Made by a program: the position numbers and the translations under genes
NCBI GenBank assembly: GCA_000004695.1
Contig: CM000153.2
Span: 5,184,001 to 5,248,000 of the forward strand
Direction: 5' to 3'
From: Dictyostelium discoideum
Lineage: Eukaryota
DNA length: 64,000 nt
Shown here: in pieces, positions 29,041 to 42,538 of the stretch
How the letters are laid out: every line of letters begins with the position of its first letter
How positions within the stretch are numbered: position 1 is the first letter of the stretch
Notes under the pieces: generated by a model
What the model saw: the letters and a program-made list of their open reading frames with translations, nothing else
What the model was told of the DNA's origin: nothing
Databases searched by the model: none

Positions 29041-30563
29041 TATATTGTTATCATCTTCATTAAATTGATTGTTTNNNNNNNNNNNNNNNNNNNNNNNNNN
29101 NNNNNNNNNNNNNNNNNNNNNNNNNNNNNNNNNNNNNNNNNNNNNNNNNNNNNNNNNNNNNNNNNNNNNNNNNNATTGTTGTTGTTGTTGTTCGAGTAAT
29201 ATTGAGAAGAATCTCTCAACATTGCACCAAAGTGCTTTTTATCTTCTTTAAAACTATCTGATCTCTTTGAAAAATTAAATACATTATCATTATATGGGTT
29301 TGATTGATTATTTACAATTAATATTTGTTTTTCTTTTTGTTTGTTTGTTTGATTTTGTTTATTCTGTGCTGGCTTCTGATGATTATCTATTATAATAGGA
29401 CTATCAATGGTATTGACATCATTATTTTTGTTATTATTTAAGTAATATCTATTTGCATCTTGAGTTGGTGTTAATGAAATACTAGATTGGGTCGGGTTTA
29501 TATAATCATCATAACTACTACTAATATAATTATTATTTTTATTATAGCCATTATCATTATTATTACTATAATTATTGGTTTGCATAATACCAATTGGTCT
29601 TTTGTTATTTTGTTGCTGTTGACTATGTTGTTGCTGTTGACTATGTTGTTGCTGTTGATTATTTCGTTGTTGTTGTTGAATGGATCTATTAAAATTGTTG
29701 ATATTATTATTTGATTCATTGAATATATCATCATCTTCGAATACTAAACCTTTAGCTTGAGGAAAAGCTTTCTTTGGGGTATCTAAATAATAATAGGTCA
29801 GTATTGAGGAAACAAAAGTTTTAAAAAAAAAAAAAAAAAACCTACATTTTGATTTTATTGGAGACTGATTGCTGTTTAAAGATTGTTTAAATGGTGAGGT
29901 TAATTTTGATTTAAAATCTTGAAATGTTGCACCACTACCACCATTAAAACTACTAGAAGAATGATTATCATTCAATATATTTTGATTAAATTGTTGTTTT
30001 TCATATTGATCCCATTGAAATGAATCGATATCTTTTTTATTATAATCAGTTTTTAAAGGTGATTTAAATATATTACTACCTCCTCCTCCTACAATATGTT
30101 TAGGTTGTTGGGGTGATTGTTGTTGTTGTAGTGGTTGTAGTGGTTGTAGTGGTTGTATTGGTTGTATTGGTTTTGGTTTTATTTTTGACCAATAATTATC
30201 ATTAAAACTACTACTAGTTGTATTGTTATCACCAATTTGATTATCAGATTCAATTGATTCATCAGAGGTATTGACATTTCCTCCTCTCATTTCATCATCT
30301 TCACCATTTTTAAAATTTTCAAATGAATTATTATTATTTATTTTATTTTTATTGATATATGATAAATTACTTATTTTTATTTTTTGGTTATTATTATTAC
30401 TATTATTATTATTATTGCTTTTATTGTTTTTATTAACAGATTGTTGTTGTGAATCACTTATTTCATAATCTAAATCTCTATAATTTGCATCAAAGTTTGG
30501 TAAATCAAAGTCTTGATTTTGATTATTATTATTAAAATATTTCTTTTTATCACTGTTCATCAT
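29040..30563 (-). CDS. N-terminal N/Q-rich portion of the same large gene, or a separate gene; frame link lost in the 100-N gap 29075-29174
   Basis: ORF 29040..30563 (507 aa, MMNSDKKKYFNNNNQNQDFDLPNF..., PIQPLQ repeats, polyN/Q). It abuts the downstream 966-aa ORF across the N gap, so the true frame relationship cannot be determined from this assembly. Confidence 0.45.
   Translation of the reverse strand: MMNSDKKKYFNNNNQNQDFDLPNFDANYRDLDYEISDSQQQSVNKNNKSNNNNNSNNNNQKIKISNLSYINKNKINNNNSFENFKNGEDDEMRGGNVNTSDESIESDNQIGDNNTTSSSFNDNYWSKIKPKPIQPIQPLQPLQPLQQQQSPQQPKHIVGGGGSNIFKSPLKTDYNKKDIDSFQWDQYEKQQFNQNILNDNHSSSSFNGGSGATFQDFKSKLTSPFKQSLNSNQSPIKSKCRFFFFFFKTFVSSILTYYYLDTPKKAFPQAKGLVFEDDDIFNESNNNINNFNRSIQQQQRNNQQQQHSQQQQHSQQQQNNKRPIGIMQTNNYSNNNDNGYNKNNNYISSSYDDYINPTQSSISLTPTQDANRYYLNNNKNNDVNTIDSPIIIDNHQKPAQNKQNQTNKQKEKQILIVNNQSNPYNDNVFNFSKRSDSFKEDKKHFGAMLRDSSQYYSNNNNNNXXXXXXXXXXXXXXXXXXXXXXXXXXXXXXXXXXTINLMKMITI
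29075..29174. other. assembly gap (100 N) inside the large low-complexity gene
   Basis: A run of 100 N followed by a (TTG)n/(CAA)n tract. It separates the 507-aa and 966-aa minus-strand ORFs. Confidence 0.95.
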
Positions 30564-31180
30564 TAAAATTAAAAATTAAAAAATAAAAAAAAATAAAAAA
30601 TAAAAAATAAAAAAAAAAAATTGTAAATGAAAAAAATTAAAAAAAATTTCAAAGAAATATCAAAATTCTTTTTTTTATGAGAATTAATGATAATTTTTAT
30701 AATTATTTTTTTTAATAAAATTTTTAATTAATAAATTCATATTTCTTTTTTATTTATTTTATAATCAAATATAGATCTTAGAAGAGTTTTAAAATAGATC
30801 TATTAAATTTCATATTATAATTATTTTAATTTTATTTTTTTATTTTTAATTTTTTTAATTTTTTTTTTTATAATTTTTTGTTTTTTATTTTATTTTTTAT
30901 TTTTTATTTTTTTTATTTTTAATTTTAATTTTTTTCCTTTTTTTTTTTTTCTAAATTAAAATTTGGAAATTTCTAAATTGAGTAATTTTTTTATTTTATT
31001 TATTTTTATTTTATTTTATTTTTTTTTTTTAAAAATGTTTTACAAATTTAAAGTTTTATTTTTTTTTTTTTATATTTTTTTTTCCTTAAAGTGTAAATAA
31101 TAAATAAATATCCTAGTCCAAAAAAAAAAACAAAAAATAAAAAAAATAAAATAATAAATAAATAAATAAATAAATAGAAA

Positions 31181-31926
31181 ATGGCATTCAATTTATTATC
31201 AAATATTACAGTAGATGAATTAAGAAATTCACCAAAATCTAAAGATATGATTACTGTTAGAAATACAGATTCAATTCCAACAGTATTTAAAGTAGGTTTT
31301 TTTTTTTTGTTTTTATTATCTTTTTTTTTTCATTCCTAAAAAAAAAAAAAAAATACTAACTTCATTTTTTTTTTTTTTTTTATAATATTATTAGACATTA
31401 TCAAAGAATGGAATTTTATCAGTGCCAGTATTAAATGAACAAAATAGACCAATTGGACTTGTAGATTATGTTGATATTGTTAATTGTGTTGTTCAAATTA
31501 TAAATCATACAGATTTATTAGGTAATGATTATTATTCATTCTTGGAAAGGGAAGATTTATTCAATCACACATATGCATCCTATGTAACGGATCTATCACA
31601 ACGTAATCCTTTCATACCAGTTGTAAAAGGTGCATCATTATTAGAAGCAATCACTGTTATGACCAAGAATCAAATTAATAGAGTACCAGTAATTGAAAAC
31701 AATGTTAATGGTGAAGGTGCTCAAATCGTTAATCTAATCACTCAATCTGCCATCCTCTCTTATCTTGGAAAAAACATTGAACAACTTGGTAAATGGTCTT
31801 TAAAATCAATTAAAGATTTAGGTTTTAAAGAAAAAAAAGTAATTTCAATTGATTTCAATAAAAGAGCTTTAGAAGCTTTTGAATTAATGGCAAATAATGT
31901 AAGTTTTTTAATAATTATAATTATAT

Positions 31927-31957
<31 letters not shown>

Positions 31958-32371
31958 GTATTAAGTAATAATAATAATTTTTTTTTTTTTTTTTTTTTTA
32001 ATTTTTAGAAAGTAAATGGTATTGCAGTAAATGATGAAAAAGGACATATTATTGCAAATATTAGTGCAAGAGATTTAAAAGAATTGTTAAATGAAACTAG
32101 AGTATTTGAAAATTTATACCTTTCAGTTGGTGAATTCATTTCAAAAGTTCGTCAACAAGATTACAAAGCTGTTAATCCTTCAATTTCTTGTCATATGAAT
32201 GATTCTTTGGCTAATATTATCACAAGAATGGTTGCTGCTAATATTCATCGTGTCTACATTATAGATGAAGAAAGAAAACCAATTGGTGTTATTAGCATTC
32301 ATGATATCTTAAACATAATTTTAGAGAATATTAACAATAATGTTCCTCCAACAAATAAACCAATGCAATAA
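31181..32371 (+). CDS. CBS-domain protein (tandem CBS pairs)
   Basis: Three exons: 31181..~31287 (MAFNLLSNITVDELRNSPKSKDMITVRNTDSIPTVFK); ~31394..~31899 (TLSKNGILSVPVLNEQNRPIGLVDYVDIVNCV...NRVPVIENNVNGEGAQIVNLITQSAILSYL...); ~32009..32371 (KVNGIAVNDEKGHIIANISARDLKEL...IHRVYIIDEERKPIGVISIHDILNII...). Repeated h-x-x-h-P-V-h-D / RhPVh motifs are typical of CBS domains. Confidence 0.75.
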
Positions 32372-32604
32372 AAAATTAATTAAATTTTAAAAAAAAAAAA
32401 AAAAATAAAATTAAACATATATTTTATTTTTTATTTATTTTTAAAATACAAATAAATAGAGGGGGGTATTTTTTAATTTACTTTCCACCAAAATTTGAAT
32501 TTTTTTTATTTAAGGAAATTGGAAAGCACTACAAATAAATTTAAGCAAATTATTATTATTATTATTTTTTTTTTTTTTTTTTTTTATTTAAATAAATTAT
32601 TTTA

Positions 32605-34826
32605 TTAAAAGTTTTCTTTATGAAATATTAAATGACAATTATTTTTACCATTAAATTTATTACAATTTTTAATGATATTTTTACCTAATGCTTTATTACC
32701 ACAATAGAATACACCAATTTTCTCTCTTTGATGAAGTTGAGTTAATTGATTAAAGATTGAACGAAAATTTGGTCTACCAAATAAAGTTTTTGAATGTAAA
32801 TTTGTAATGTGACATTTTTGAGCATTTTTAATTTTTGCATAATCATCAAGTTCTAAAGCACCTGTTAAAAATATATGAATTTCCAAGATACTATCGATTC
32901 TTTCATCATTTTCCAATTCTGCTAAAATATCAGTAAACCATTGAAATGAATTCTTTTGTCTACTAATCCAAATGAAATAAATTTTATTAATTTTTAAATG
33001 ATTTTCATCAGCATTGGTTTGTTTATCATTTTGATTTTTAAGGTGTCTTAAAATACTTGAAAATGGTGTAACACCAATACCAGCACCAATTAATACTAAA
33101 TTACGATATTTGAAAAAGTTTTCAGCTGGTGCACCAAATGGACCATCAATTTTCAAAATTCTACGTTTACCCCTATTTTGGGTGGATTTAAGGTCCTCTT
33201 GAATCAAACCTAATTTATTATCAGGATTAAGTAATTTAAATAATTTTCTAGTCCAATTACCAACAATATTAATATGCACTGATATGAATGGATCATCAGG
33301 TGCCGATGTTATTGTGAATGGATGCCACTCATGGTATGCAATGGATGGACAATTTAAATAAAGATATTGACCTGGTTTAAAATTAAAATTATCATTATCT
33401 CTTTTCATTCTAAGTTCTAATACTTTACTTGGATGCATAATTGCTTTCTCTAGAATTACCCTCTTTTTACTTCTAGCAATTCTAATTAACCTTTCAATTG
33501 AATATAAAATGAATGGTGCAATTATCCACATCCATGATTGTGGATCTTTTTTTAAAATTTTTGAATATCCATGAAAACATAATAAAATATAAAATGGTAT
33601 AAATAAATGATGAACATACCAAAATATTTCAAACATTGGTCTTCTAATTCTCCACATTGATGATGAAACAATTAATATTAATATTAACAACATTATATGA
33701 CCAGTAATACCTGGTACTGATTTAAAAAATAAATATTTTTCATCTGGAAAATTATTAATATTAATATTTAAATAATCACCTGCAACACTTTTACCATCAT
33801 CAATTTTTAAAACATCATCATTAATTTTTTTAAAACTAATATAATGACCAACACTAATAAAAAAAAAAATTAATTAATATGTAAAATAAAGAGAGAAGGT
33901 TGGGGAGTGGTAGTTTGTATGATAGAAAACCCTCCTTTTTTTAATAAAAAAACTTACCAATGAATAATTGTACAACAAAAAAGCATAAATGCACATAATT
34001 TATGGAAATTTAAATGCTTATCAATTGGTATATAATTATTAACGATTGTACCTCTTAACCATGATAGGAAATTACGCAAAACTGGTAATAAAATAACAGC
34101 AGAATTTAAATTAATTAATCTAGCAGCAGTTCTTGAAAAACAAAATGATAATCCTAAAAATTTAAAAATATCACTATGATACATATTATAAAACATATGT
34201 ACACCAACACCAATATTTAATGCAATATAAAATAGCATAATATATGTTGAAATACCTCTATGCCACCACCAACCACGAATTTTAATAAAAATTTTTGATT
34301 TAAAAATTTTACTTCTTAATCCAATTTTTTCATTTTTATTATTATTGGTATTATTATTATTATTGGTATTATTATTATTATCGGTGTTTGAATTAACTTG
34401 ATCATTTGATTCAATATCAACCTTATCTAATTTTACAATATTTTCTTGTGATAAACTTATTGGAAGTGAAAGATTATTTTTACTATGAATTAAATTATTG
34501 GTGTTTTTATAAATTTTTGGAGTTTGAATGGTTGGCGGAATTGGAATATTTTCAATATCTAAATTTTGTAATTCCTCTTGCATTGAAACAAATGGTTTAT
34601 TTGGAGTTATATTTAAACTTTCATTTTCATTATTACTATTATCATTTTGAGAAATTGGTGGTGAACTTATACCACTTTCGGAAGTTTCATTACCAGTTGA
34701 ACTAATTTCTCCATTTGGTTCTTGTAATTTTTCTAATTGTTGATTTTTTGGTGTTTGAAATTCTTGTAATTCTAATTCTTGTTGTAATTCTTTTTTTTCA
34801 TTCATAATTTTGGTTTTATTAAACAA
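32605..34826 (-). CDS. superoxide-generating NADPH oxidase (NOX/ferric-reductase family) with a long low-complexity N-terminal extension
   Basis: Exon 1, 34826..~33959: N/Q/E-rich N-terminus, then ferric-reductase TM helices with paired haem histidines (...HMFYNMYH...; HKLCAFMLFCCTIIHW). Intron ~33856-33958 (GTAAGT). Exon 2, ~33855..32605: further TM helices (WYVHHLF), FAD-binding HPFTITS, NADPH-binding GPFG / LIGAGIGVTPFSSIL / VFYCGNKAL. The long N-terminal extension recalls the Dictyostelium noxB-type isoform, but I cannot assign the isoform with certainty. Confidence 0.85.
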
Positions 34827-35039
34827 TAAAAAGTATTTTTAAAAATAAAAAAAAAAAAAAAAAATTTATTTATAGACCAAGAAAAAAAAAAAAATTAAAA
34901 AAAAAAAATAAAAAAATAAAATAAAATTAAATAAATTAAATAAAATTAAATAAAAAAAAAAAGAATTTAATTAAATTTAAAAATAAAATTGTCAAATATG
35001 TCAAATTGTGACTAGATATTAATTTTTTTGTTATATTAG

Positions 35040-35265
35040 GGTCTTAAAGTCTGTTTTTTCTTTGATCCACTTCGCTATTTTTGTTTTTTTTTCAAATAAA
35101 AAAACACTTAACCCCCATAAAGCCTCCGCAAAAAAAAAAAAAAAAAAAAAAAAACAAAAAAAAAAAACAAAAACGGTGTGGATGGGGAAAAATAATTTGA
35201 TAATCACTTGTCCCCTTTTAAAATATAGCAACGGATTCTAATATTATAATCTAAGAATTTATTTT
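35040..35265 (+). ncRNA. candidate small ncRNA locus / regulatory island: GC-rich block with DUSE-like motif (CCCCATAA) ~55 nt upstream of a GGGGA...TCCCC hairpin and a T-run
   Basis: A GC-rich island in an otherwise >85% AT intergenic region. It contains CACTTAACCCCCATAAAGCCTCCGC (35113-35120 matches the Dictyostelium upstream sequence element core CCCAYAA), then A~45. Next comes ACGGTGTGGATGGGGAAAAATAATTTGATAATCACTTGTCCCCTTTTAAAATATAGCAACGGATTCTAATATTATAATCTAAGAATTTATTTTTTTTTT (35174-35265). This ends in a T-run as expected for a Pol III-type terminator. It lies 220-440 bp upstream of the NOX start codon. Confidence 0.3.
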
Positions 35266-35423
35266 TTTTTTATTTTTTTTTTTTTTTTTTTTAGAATTAG
35301 TTAATAATAAATTTTATTTGAAAAAAAAAAAAAAAATTTAATTGAATTGTTTTATTTTATTTTTTTATTTTTTTATTTAATAATAATAATTAATTTTTTA
35401 TTACTTTTAATTTTTTTATTTAT

Positions 35424-37109
35424 TTATTTAAATAATGGAATAAGGTCATACCTTTTATATTTTTTAACAAAAATAAAGTGGTTGAAATTTGAACTAAAGA
35501 AAGGATATAAAATTTGTATTACCTCAAAATTATAATATTTAATTAATTTGGAAGTTTCACTTTTCTCTAAAGAAAATGGTTTAAACTTTGTTGTTGTTGT
35601 TGTTGAATATTTAGAAAGTAAATTTAAAGCTGGATAAACATTACCTTCTTTTATCATTTGAAGGATATTAATCTCTTCATCTTCAACTAAGGTTTTAGTA
35701 TCAATCTTTAAAGATTGATAATTAATTATTAAAGGTCTTTGTAAATAATTTAAATAATTATTTAAAGGTTTTAATAGTTGTGGTTGTTGTTGTGGTGGTT
35801 GTTGTTGATATTTTTTAAACTCTGCAAGTGGATCAAAAGAGCTTGGATATATTTTAGAATCTAATAATATTTGAAACATTGATTTCATTTTAGTTTGATT
35901 TTGAATTCTCCAAACACCTTCAAATAGTAAATAATATTCATTTAATTGGTTATTTAATAGATTTGCATTATTGGAATAAGTTGGTTGTAGGAAAATTGAT
36001 AGAGCTTCTTGATTCTCATTTAATATTACTTTTTTAATATTACCAATGTGTGCTAATAATCCATCTTTTAAAAACATTTCAATTGATTGTAAATCATTTA
36101 AATCTATACAAATATTATAAATTCTAAATGATAATAAAACATTGGTACTGTTGATATCACTATTATTACATTTCGATATAAATGATTTATAATCAATATT
36201 ATTCTTTAAATAAATTTTAAATAAAGAAAGGTATTTCATATTCATTTGATCATCATCTTTTTCTAATGATTTAATAAAATAATTTATAATATTTCGAATA
36301 GTTGATGCATTTGGTGATGGTAAATTATTATTATTATTATTAATAATAAGATATTCTAAAGATTTAAAACATTTATTGTCAATTGCAATTTGATAAAAAT
36401 TTTGACTATTTTTTAAAAGTTGAAGTGGGTGAACTTTATGATTATGTAATGATAATAGTAATTCTAAATAATTTATATCTTTTTCTGTTTTTGAATATTT
36501 TAAAAAATGATTTATTATTATGAATGGATCTGATTCTTGGATGGATTTTAATGACATTTGGTATTGTTTATTTGATAAGAAATAAATTATTGGTGTGCAA
36601 TTTGTAATTGAATTACTTGATAATACATTTAAAATGAATTGCGTTGAATTTGAAAATTGGATTTCTTTTGATTTCTTTTCAAACAATAATTCGAATAAAG
36701 AAATATCATCACAATAATTAAAAAATAATAATAAATCTTTTCTTTTTAATCTTAAAAATTCAAGATTTTCTTGATTTTCTTCTTGATTTTCTTCTTGATT
36801 TTCTTCTTCTTCTTGATTTTCTTCTTGATTTTCTTTTTCTAATTTTTCTACTTTTTTTTTACTATTTCCATTATTATTATCATCAAAACAAATACAATTT
36901 AATTTATATCTTAATAAAGACCATTGTTTCTTTTTTGAAAGTTTACCAATATTATTCATAAATTTAAATGGAGTTCTATTACCCAAATATCTATTTTCTT
37001 GATTTTCAAATATTATAACCATTGTTTTTAAATGGTAAAATATTAAATTTCTAATAAATACATTATGATAAACTCTCCAAAATAAAATTTCTTTTTCTTT
37101 GTTTTTCAT
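35424..37109 (-). CDS. hypothetical protein, 561 aa (lineage-specific; internal ENQEE repeats)
   Basis: Single uninterrupted ORF MKNKEKEILFWRVYHNVFIRNLIFYHL.... A 12-nt tandem repeat at ~36770-36850 encodes (ENQEE)n. No recognisable catalytic motifs. The hydrophobic/aromatic N-terminal motif resembles Dictyostelium-specific gene families. Confidence 0.55.
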   Translation of the reverse strand: MKNKEKEILFWRVYHNVFIRNLIFYHLKTMVIIFENQENRYLGNRTPFKFMNNIGKLSKKKQWSLLRYKLNCICFDDNNNGNSKKKVEKLEKENQEENQEEEENQEENQEENQENLEFLRLKRKDLLLFFNYCDDISLFELLFEKKSKEIQFSNSTQFILNVLSSNSITNCTPIIYFLSNKQYQMSLKSIQESDPFIIINHFLKYSKTEKDINYLELLLSLHNHKVHPLQLLKNSQNFYQIAIDNKCFKSLEYLIINNNNNNLPSPNASTIRNIINYFIKSLEKDDDQMNMKYLSLFKIYLKNNIDYKSFISKCNNSDINSTNVLLSFRIYNICIDLNDLQSIEMFLKDGLLAHIGNIKKVILNENQEALSIFLQPTYSNNANLLNNQLNEYYLLFEGVWRIQNQTKMKSMFQILLDSKIYPSSFDPLAEFKKYQQQPPQQQPQLLKPLNNYLNYLQRPLIINYQSLKIDTKTLVEDEEINILQMIKEGNVYPALNLLSKYSTTTTTKFKPFSLEKSETSKLIKYYNFEVIQILYPFFSSNFNHFIFVKKYKRYDLIPLFK

Positions 37110-37228
37110 AATTTATAAAAAATAAAAAAAATAAATTAAAAAAATAAATTAAAAAATTAAAAAAAAAAAAAATAAAAATAAAAATAAAAAAAAAAAAAAA
37201 TTTTTATTATTAAAAAAAACACCACTAA

Positions 37229-39369
<2,141 letters not shown>

Positions 39370-39613
39370 CTAACTACACAAAATTGAATCAAATTGTACA
39401 ATGAATAAGTACACATATTTAAAAAGAATAAACTTTTTTTTTATATTAATTATCAACACTTTTATTAAAAGGTATCAAAATGAAATAACTCTATTCTTTT
39501 TCTTTCTTTTCTTCTTCTTCAAATATTAAAGAACAGAGAGAGAATAAGAAATAAAAATTAAATAAATAAATTTATTATTTATTAATTTAACAAAAATAAT
39601 TATTTTTTATTTG

Positions 39614-40203
39614 TTAAATTGAATTTATTAAATATTCTTTTAATTGATCTAATTGTGAATTTGAATCTAAAATATTATTTAAAACAGTTTTTGTTCTTTC
39701 AATTGCAATTGAGATACCTTCTTCATTGTATTTCATACCTAAAAGATTATTTGAGAGTACTTCAATCATTGTTGGATTAAGTGAGTCACTATAAATCTTT
39801 ACTTTATCAATTATACTTTTTGTAACATTCATATTGATATCAACTGTGCCCCAATCGAATCTTTTTTCAAATTGATGTTCAAATTCTGGTGAATTACCAT
39901 ATCTCCAGTCCCATTTTTGAAGGGTTTCATAAGTTTCCTTTAATGATGGTATTCTCTCTAAATCTGAAACTGTCAATTCCTCTACCTCTACATTATCATT
40001 TCCATACATTTTACAAAATTCTTTAATTACACTATCACAAACCATTTCATGATTCATTGTTGGTAATATAGTTTTCATATTTAATACTCTTGATATGACA
40101 CTTGTAATACCTTTACTCTATTTTTTTACAAAGGGTGACAGGGTGAGGGGGACAGGGGACAGGGTGGGATAATATTAATATTAATATTAATATTAATATT
40201 AAT

Positions 40204-40249
<46 letters not shown>

Positions 40250-40928
40250 TAATTACCTTTAATTTATCTTTATTTGGATTTAAATATTTTTGAAGTGAAT
40301 CTAAATTTACATTGATCATAATTGTACCATGATGAAATGAACGAGGACCAGATTGTTTATAAGCTGAACCTGATACTTTTTTACCTTGAACAATGATATC
40401 ATTTCTACCAGATGCTTCAATTGGTCCTGAAATACCAATTGACGATAGGGAATTAATTATGATATTTGTATTTCTATCTTTACTATAATCAGCAGTTGGT
40501 GATAAAAATGTGAAATTAGTGTTACCTAAATCATGATAAACAGCACCACCACCACTATATCTTCTTGCTAATACAACATTATCCTCTTCCATTCTTTGAA
40601 GATGACATTCTTTATATGGATTTTGATATCTACCAATAACAACTGTTGGTGAATTTCTCCATAAATATAATGTTTGTTTATTTAAATCAAATTCTTTAAA
40701 TAACCAATCTTCTGTTGCAATATTAAATAATGCATTATTAGTTGTTGATTTATAAATTTTAATTGATTTCTTTCCATTATTTTCTTTATTTCCGATGGTT
40801 GTTGTGGTTGTTGTGGTTGTGGTTGAGTAATATCTATTTAAATTATTAACAATTTTTGTAAAATTAAAATTGTTATTACTATTTTTAAATAATAATAATG
40901 GTGACACCACTCCTTTTATTGATATCAT
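39614..40928 (-). CDS. lipoate-protein ligase / lipoyltransferase (LplA-LIPT1 family)
   Basis: Exon 1, 40928..~40252 (ORF 40203..40928: LYLWRNSPTVVIGRYQNPYKECHLQRMEEDNVVLARRYSGGGAVYHDLGNTNFTF...GKKVSGSAYKQSGPRSFHHGTIMINVNL, the LplA catalytic core with the conserved lysine). Intron ~40107-40251. Exon 2, ~40106..39614 (SKGITSVISRVLNMKTILP...C-terminal domain). Confidence 0.8.
40133..40168 (-). promoter_or_regulatory. C-rich (CCCTGT)-like tract forming an unusually strong polypyrimidine tract 25-60 nt upstream of the lipoyltransferase intron 3' splice site
   Basis: Plus strand GGGTGACAGGGTGAGGGGGACAGGGGACAGGGTGGG. The minus-strand transcript reads CCCACCCTGTCCCCTGTCCCCCTCACCCTGTCACCC, followed by TTTGTAAAAAAATAG|exon. 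It is flanked by (AATATT)5 and T37 inside the same intron. G/C content like this is highly atypical for Dictyostelium introns. Confidence 0.5.
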
Positions 40929-41370
40929 TTTGTTTTTTCTTTTTGTTTTTAATTTTACAAAATGATCATTTTTTTTATTTTTTTTATTTTTTTCATTTTT
41001 TTTTCAAAACGATTAAAAAATAATAAAAAAAAAAAATACAAATAAAATTTTAAAAAAAAAATAAAAAAATATCTTGAAAAAAAACACTATAAATTATGTG
41101 TCAAAGAAAAAAAAAATTCTAATTCTTTTAAAATATTTTTATTTTTTTTTTTTTTTATAAATATTTAAATTTTTGATTTAATTTAAAATTATTTTTATTT
41201 TATAATTATCTAAATTATTTTAATTCAATTAAATAAAAAAAAAAAATCAGGTAAAAACGAGAAAAAAAAAAAAAAAAAAAAAAAAAAAACTTTTTGTTTT
41301 TTGTTTTTTATTTTTATTTTTATTTTTTTTTTTCATTCGTTTATATATATATAAATAAAAAAAGTTTAAA

Positions 41371-42538
41371 ATGATATCAAGAGTTTTAAAAAAAGGTTTC
41401 ATTAATAATAATAATAATATAGATAAGAATTTAAAATTATTTATAAATAGAAGTTATTGTAGTGGTTCACAAAATAATAATAATAATAATAATGGAATAT
41501 CAACAGAAATTAATGATTTACCAATTTATTTTCATAGAGATTTACAATCAAATAAAGATATTTTCATGATTGGTAGTGTTCATACATCAAGAGATAGTGC
41601 AACTCAAGTTCAAAAGTTTATAAGAGATGTTAAACCAGATGCTTTAGTATTAGAATTGGATGATTCAAGATTCAATAAAATTCGTAATGATATTCATAAT
41701 AAAGATTTAAGTACTTATAAAACACAATCAAATGAAGATGATTCATTTTTACAAATGTTATTTGGAAACCTTTTTGGAGGTCAATCATCTCCATTTGCTG
41801 GAGTATTAATTGTATGTGTTTATTTAAATATATATATTAAATTAATTTTTTTATTTATTTATTCAAATAATTCTTACACATTATTTTAATTTATAGAAAA
41901 ATTTTAAAAAATTTCAAAATACAATGAAAACATTTGGATTAATTCCAGGATTAGAATTTTATTTTGCAATTAAAGAAGCGGAGAATTTAGGTTGTGAAAT
42001 TATATTAGGTGATGTTGATTCAAATATTACAATCAATAAATTATTACATGCAGCTCCAAGTGAATTTTTCTCGAAATCTAATGGTATTTCACCAGATATG
42101 GAAAGACTTAATCAATTAATGTCACCTTTAGTTCATATAATGATGAAAGATGGTGCAACAGAGAAAGAGATTGAAGTTGAATATAAAAGAATATTAAATA
42201 ATAAAACTTTGAATGAAGTAAGATCAATCTTTGAAAAAGAGTTACCAAAAACTTATGAAGCATTATGTATTGGTAGAGAACGTCATATTACTCGTTCCAT
42301 AAAACAATCGAAGGCAAATACAATCGTTGTTGTCGTTGGTGCACTTCATGTTGATGGTATTAAAAAATTATTAAATTTACCTTTAAATGATATTCCTAAA
42401 TCATTACCACCACCTCCAAAATCATCAATCCAAGGTTTACTTGGTGCTTTTGGTTTAGGTGGTGGTGGTAGTGGTGGTATTAACGGTGGTTTTGGTAATA
42501 TGATGAAAGGATTGTTGGGTAATAATAACAATAAATAA
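41371..42538 (+). CDS. TraB-family protein (TraB/PrgY/GumN, TRABD-like) with a G-rich C-terminal tail
   Basis: Exon 1, 41371..~41808 (...IFMIGSVHTSRDSATQVQKFIRDVKPDALVLELDDSRF..., the GTxH / LELD signature of TraB proteins), donor GTATGT. Exon 2, ~41897..42538 (GLIPGLEFYFAIKEAENLGCEIILGDVD...VVVVGALHVDGIKKLL...GGGGSGG...stop). Confidence 0.75.

Noticed and set aside
33893-33950. GGTTGGGGAGTGGTAG...CCCTCC block in the NOX intron as a possible structured RNA
   Set aside because: Only an imperfect 6-7-bp complementarity. It is more simply a pyrimidine/purine-rich patch near the intron 3' end and is too short to support a call.
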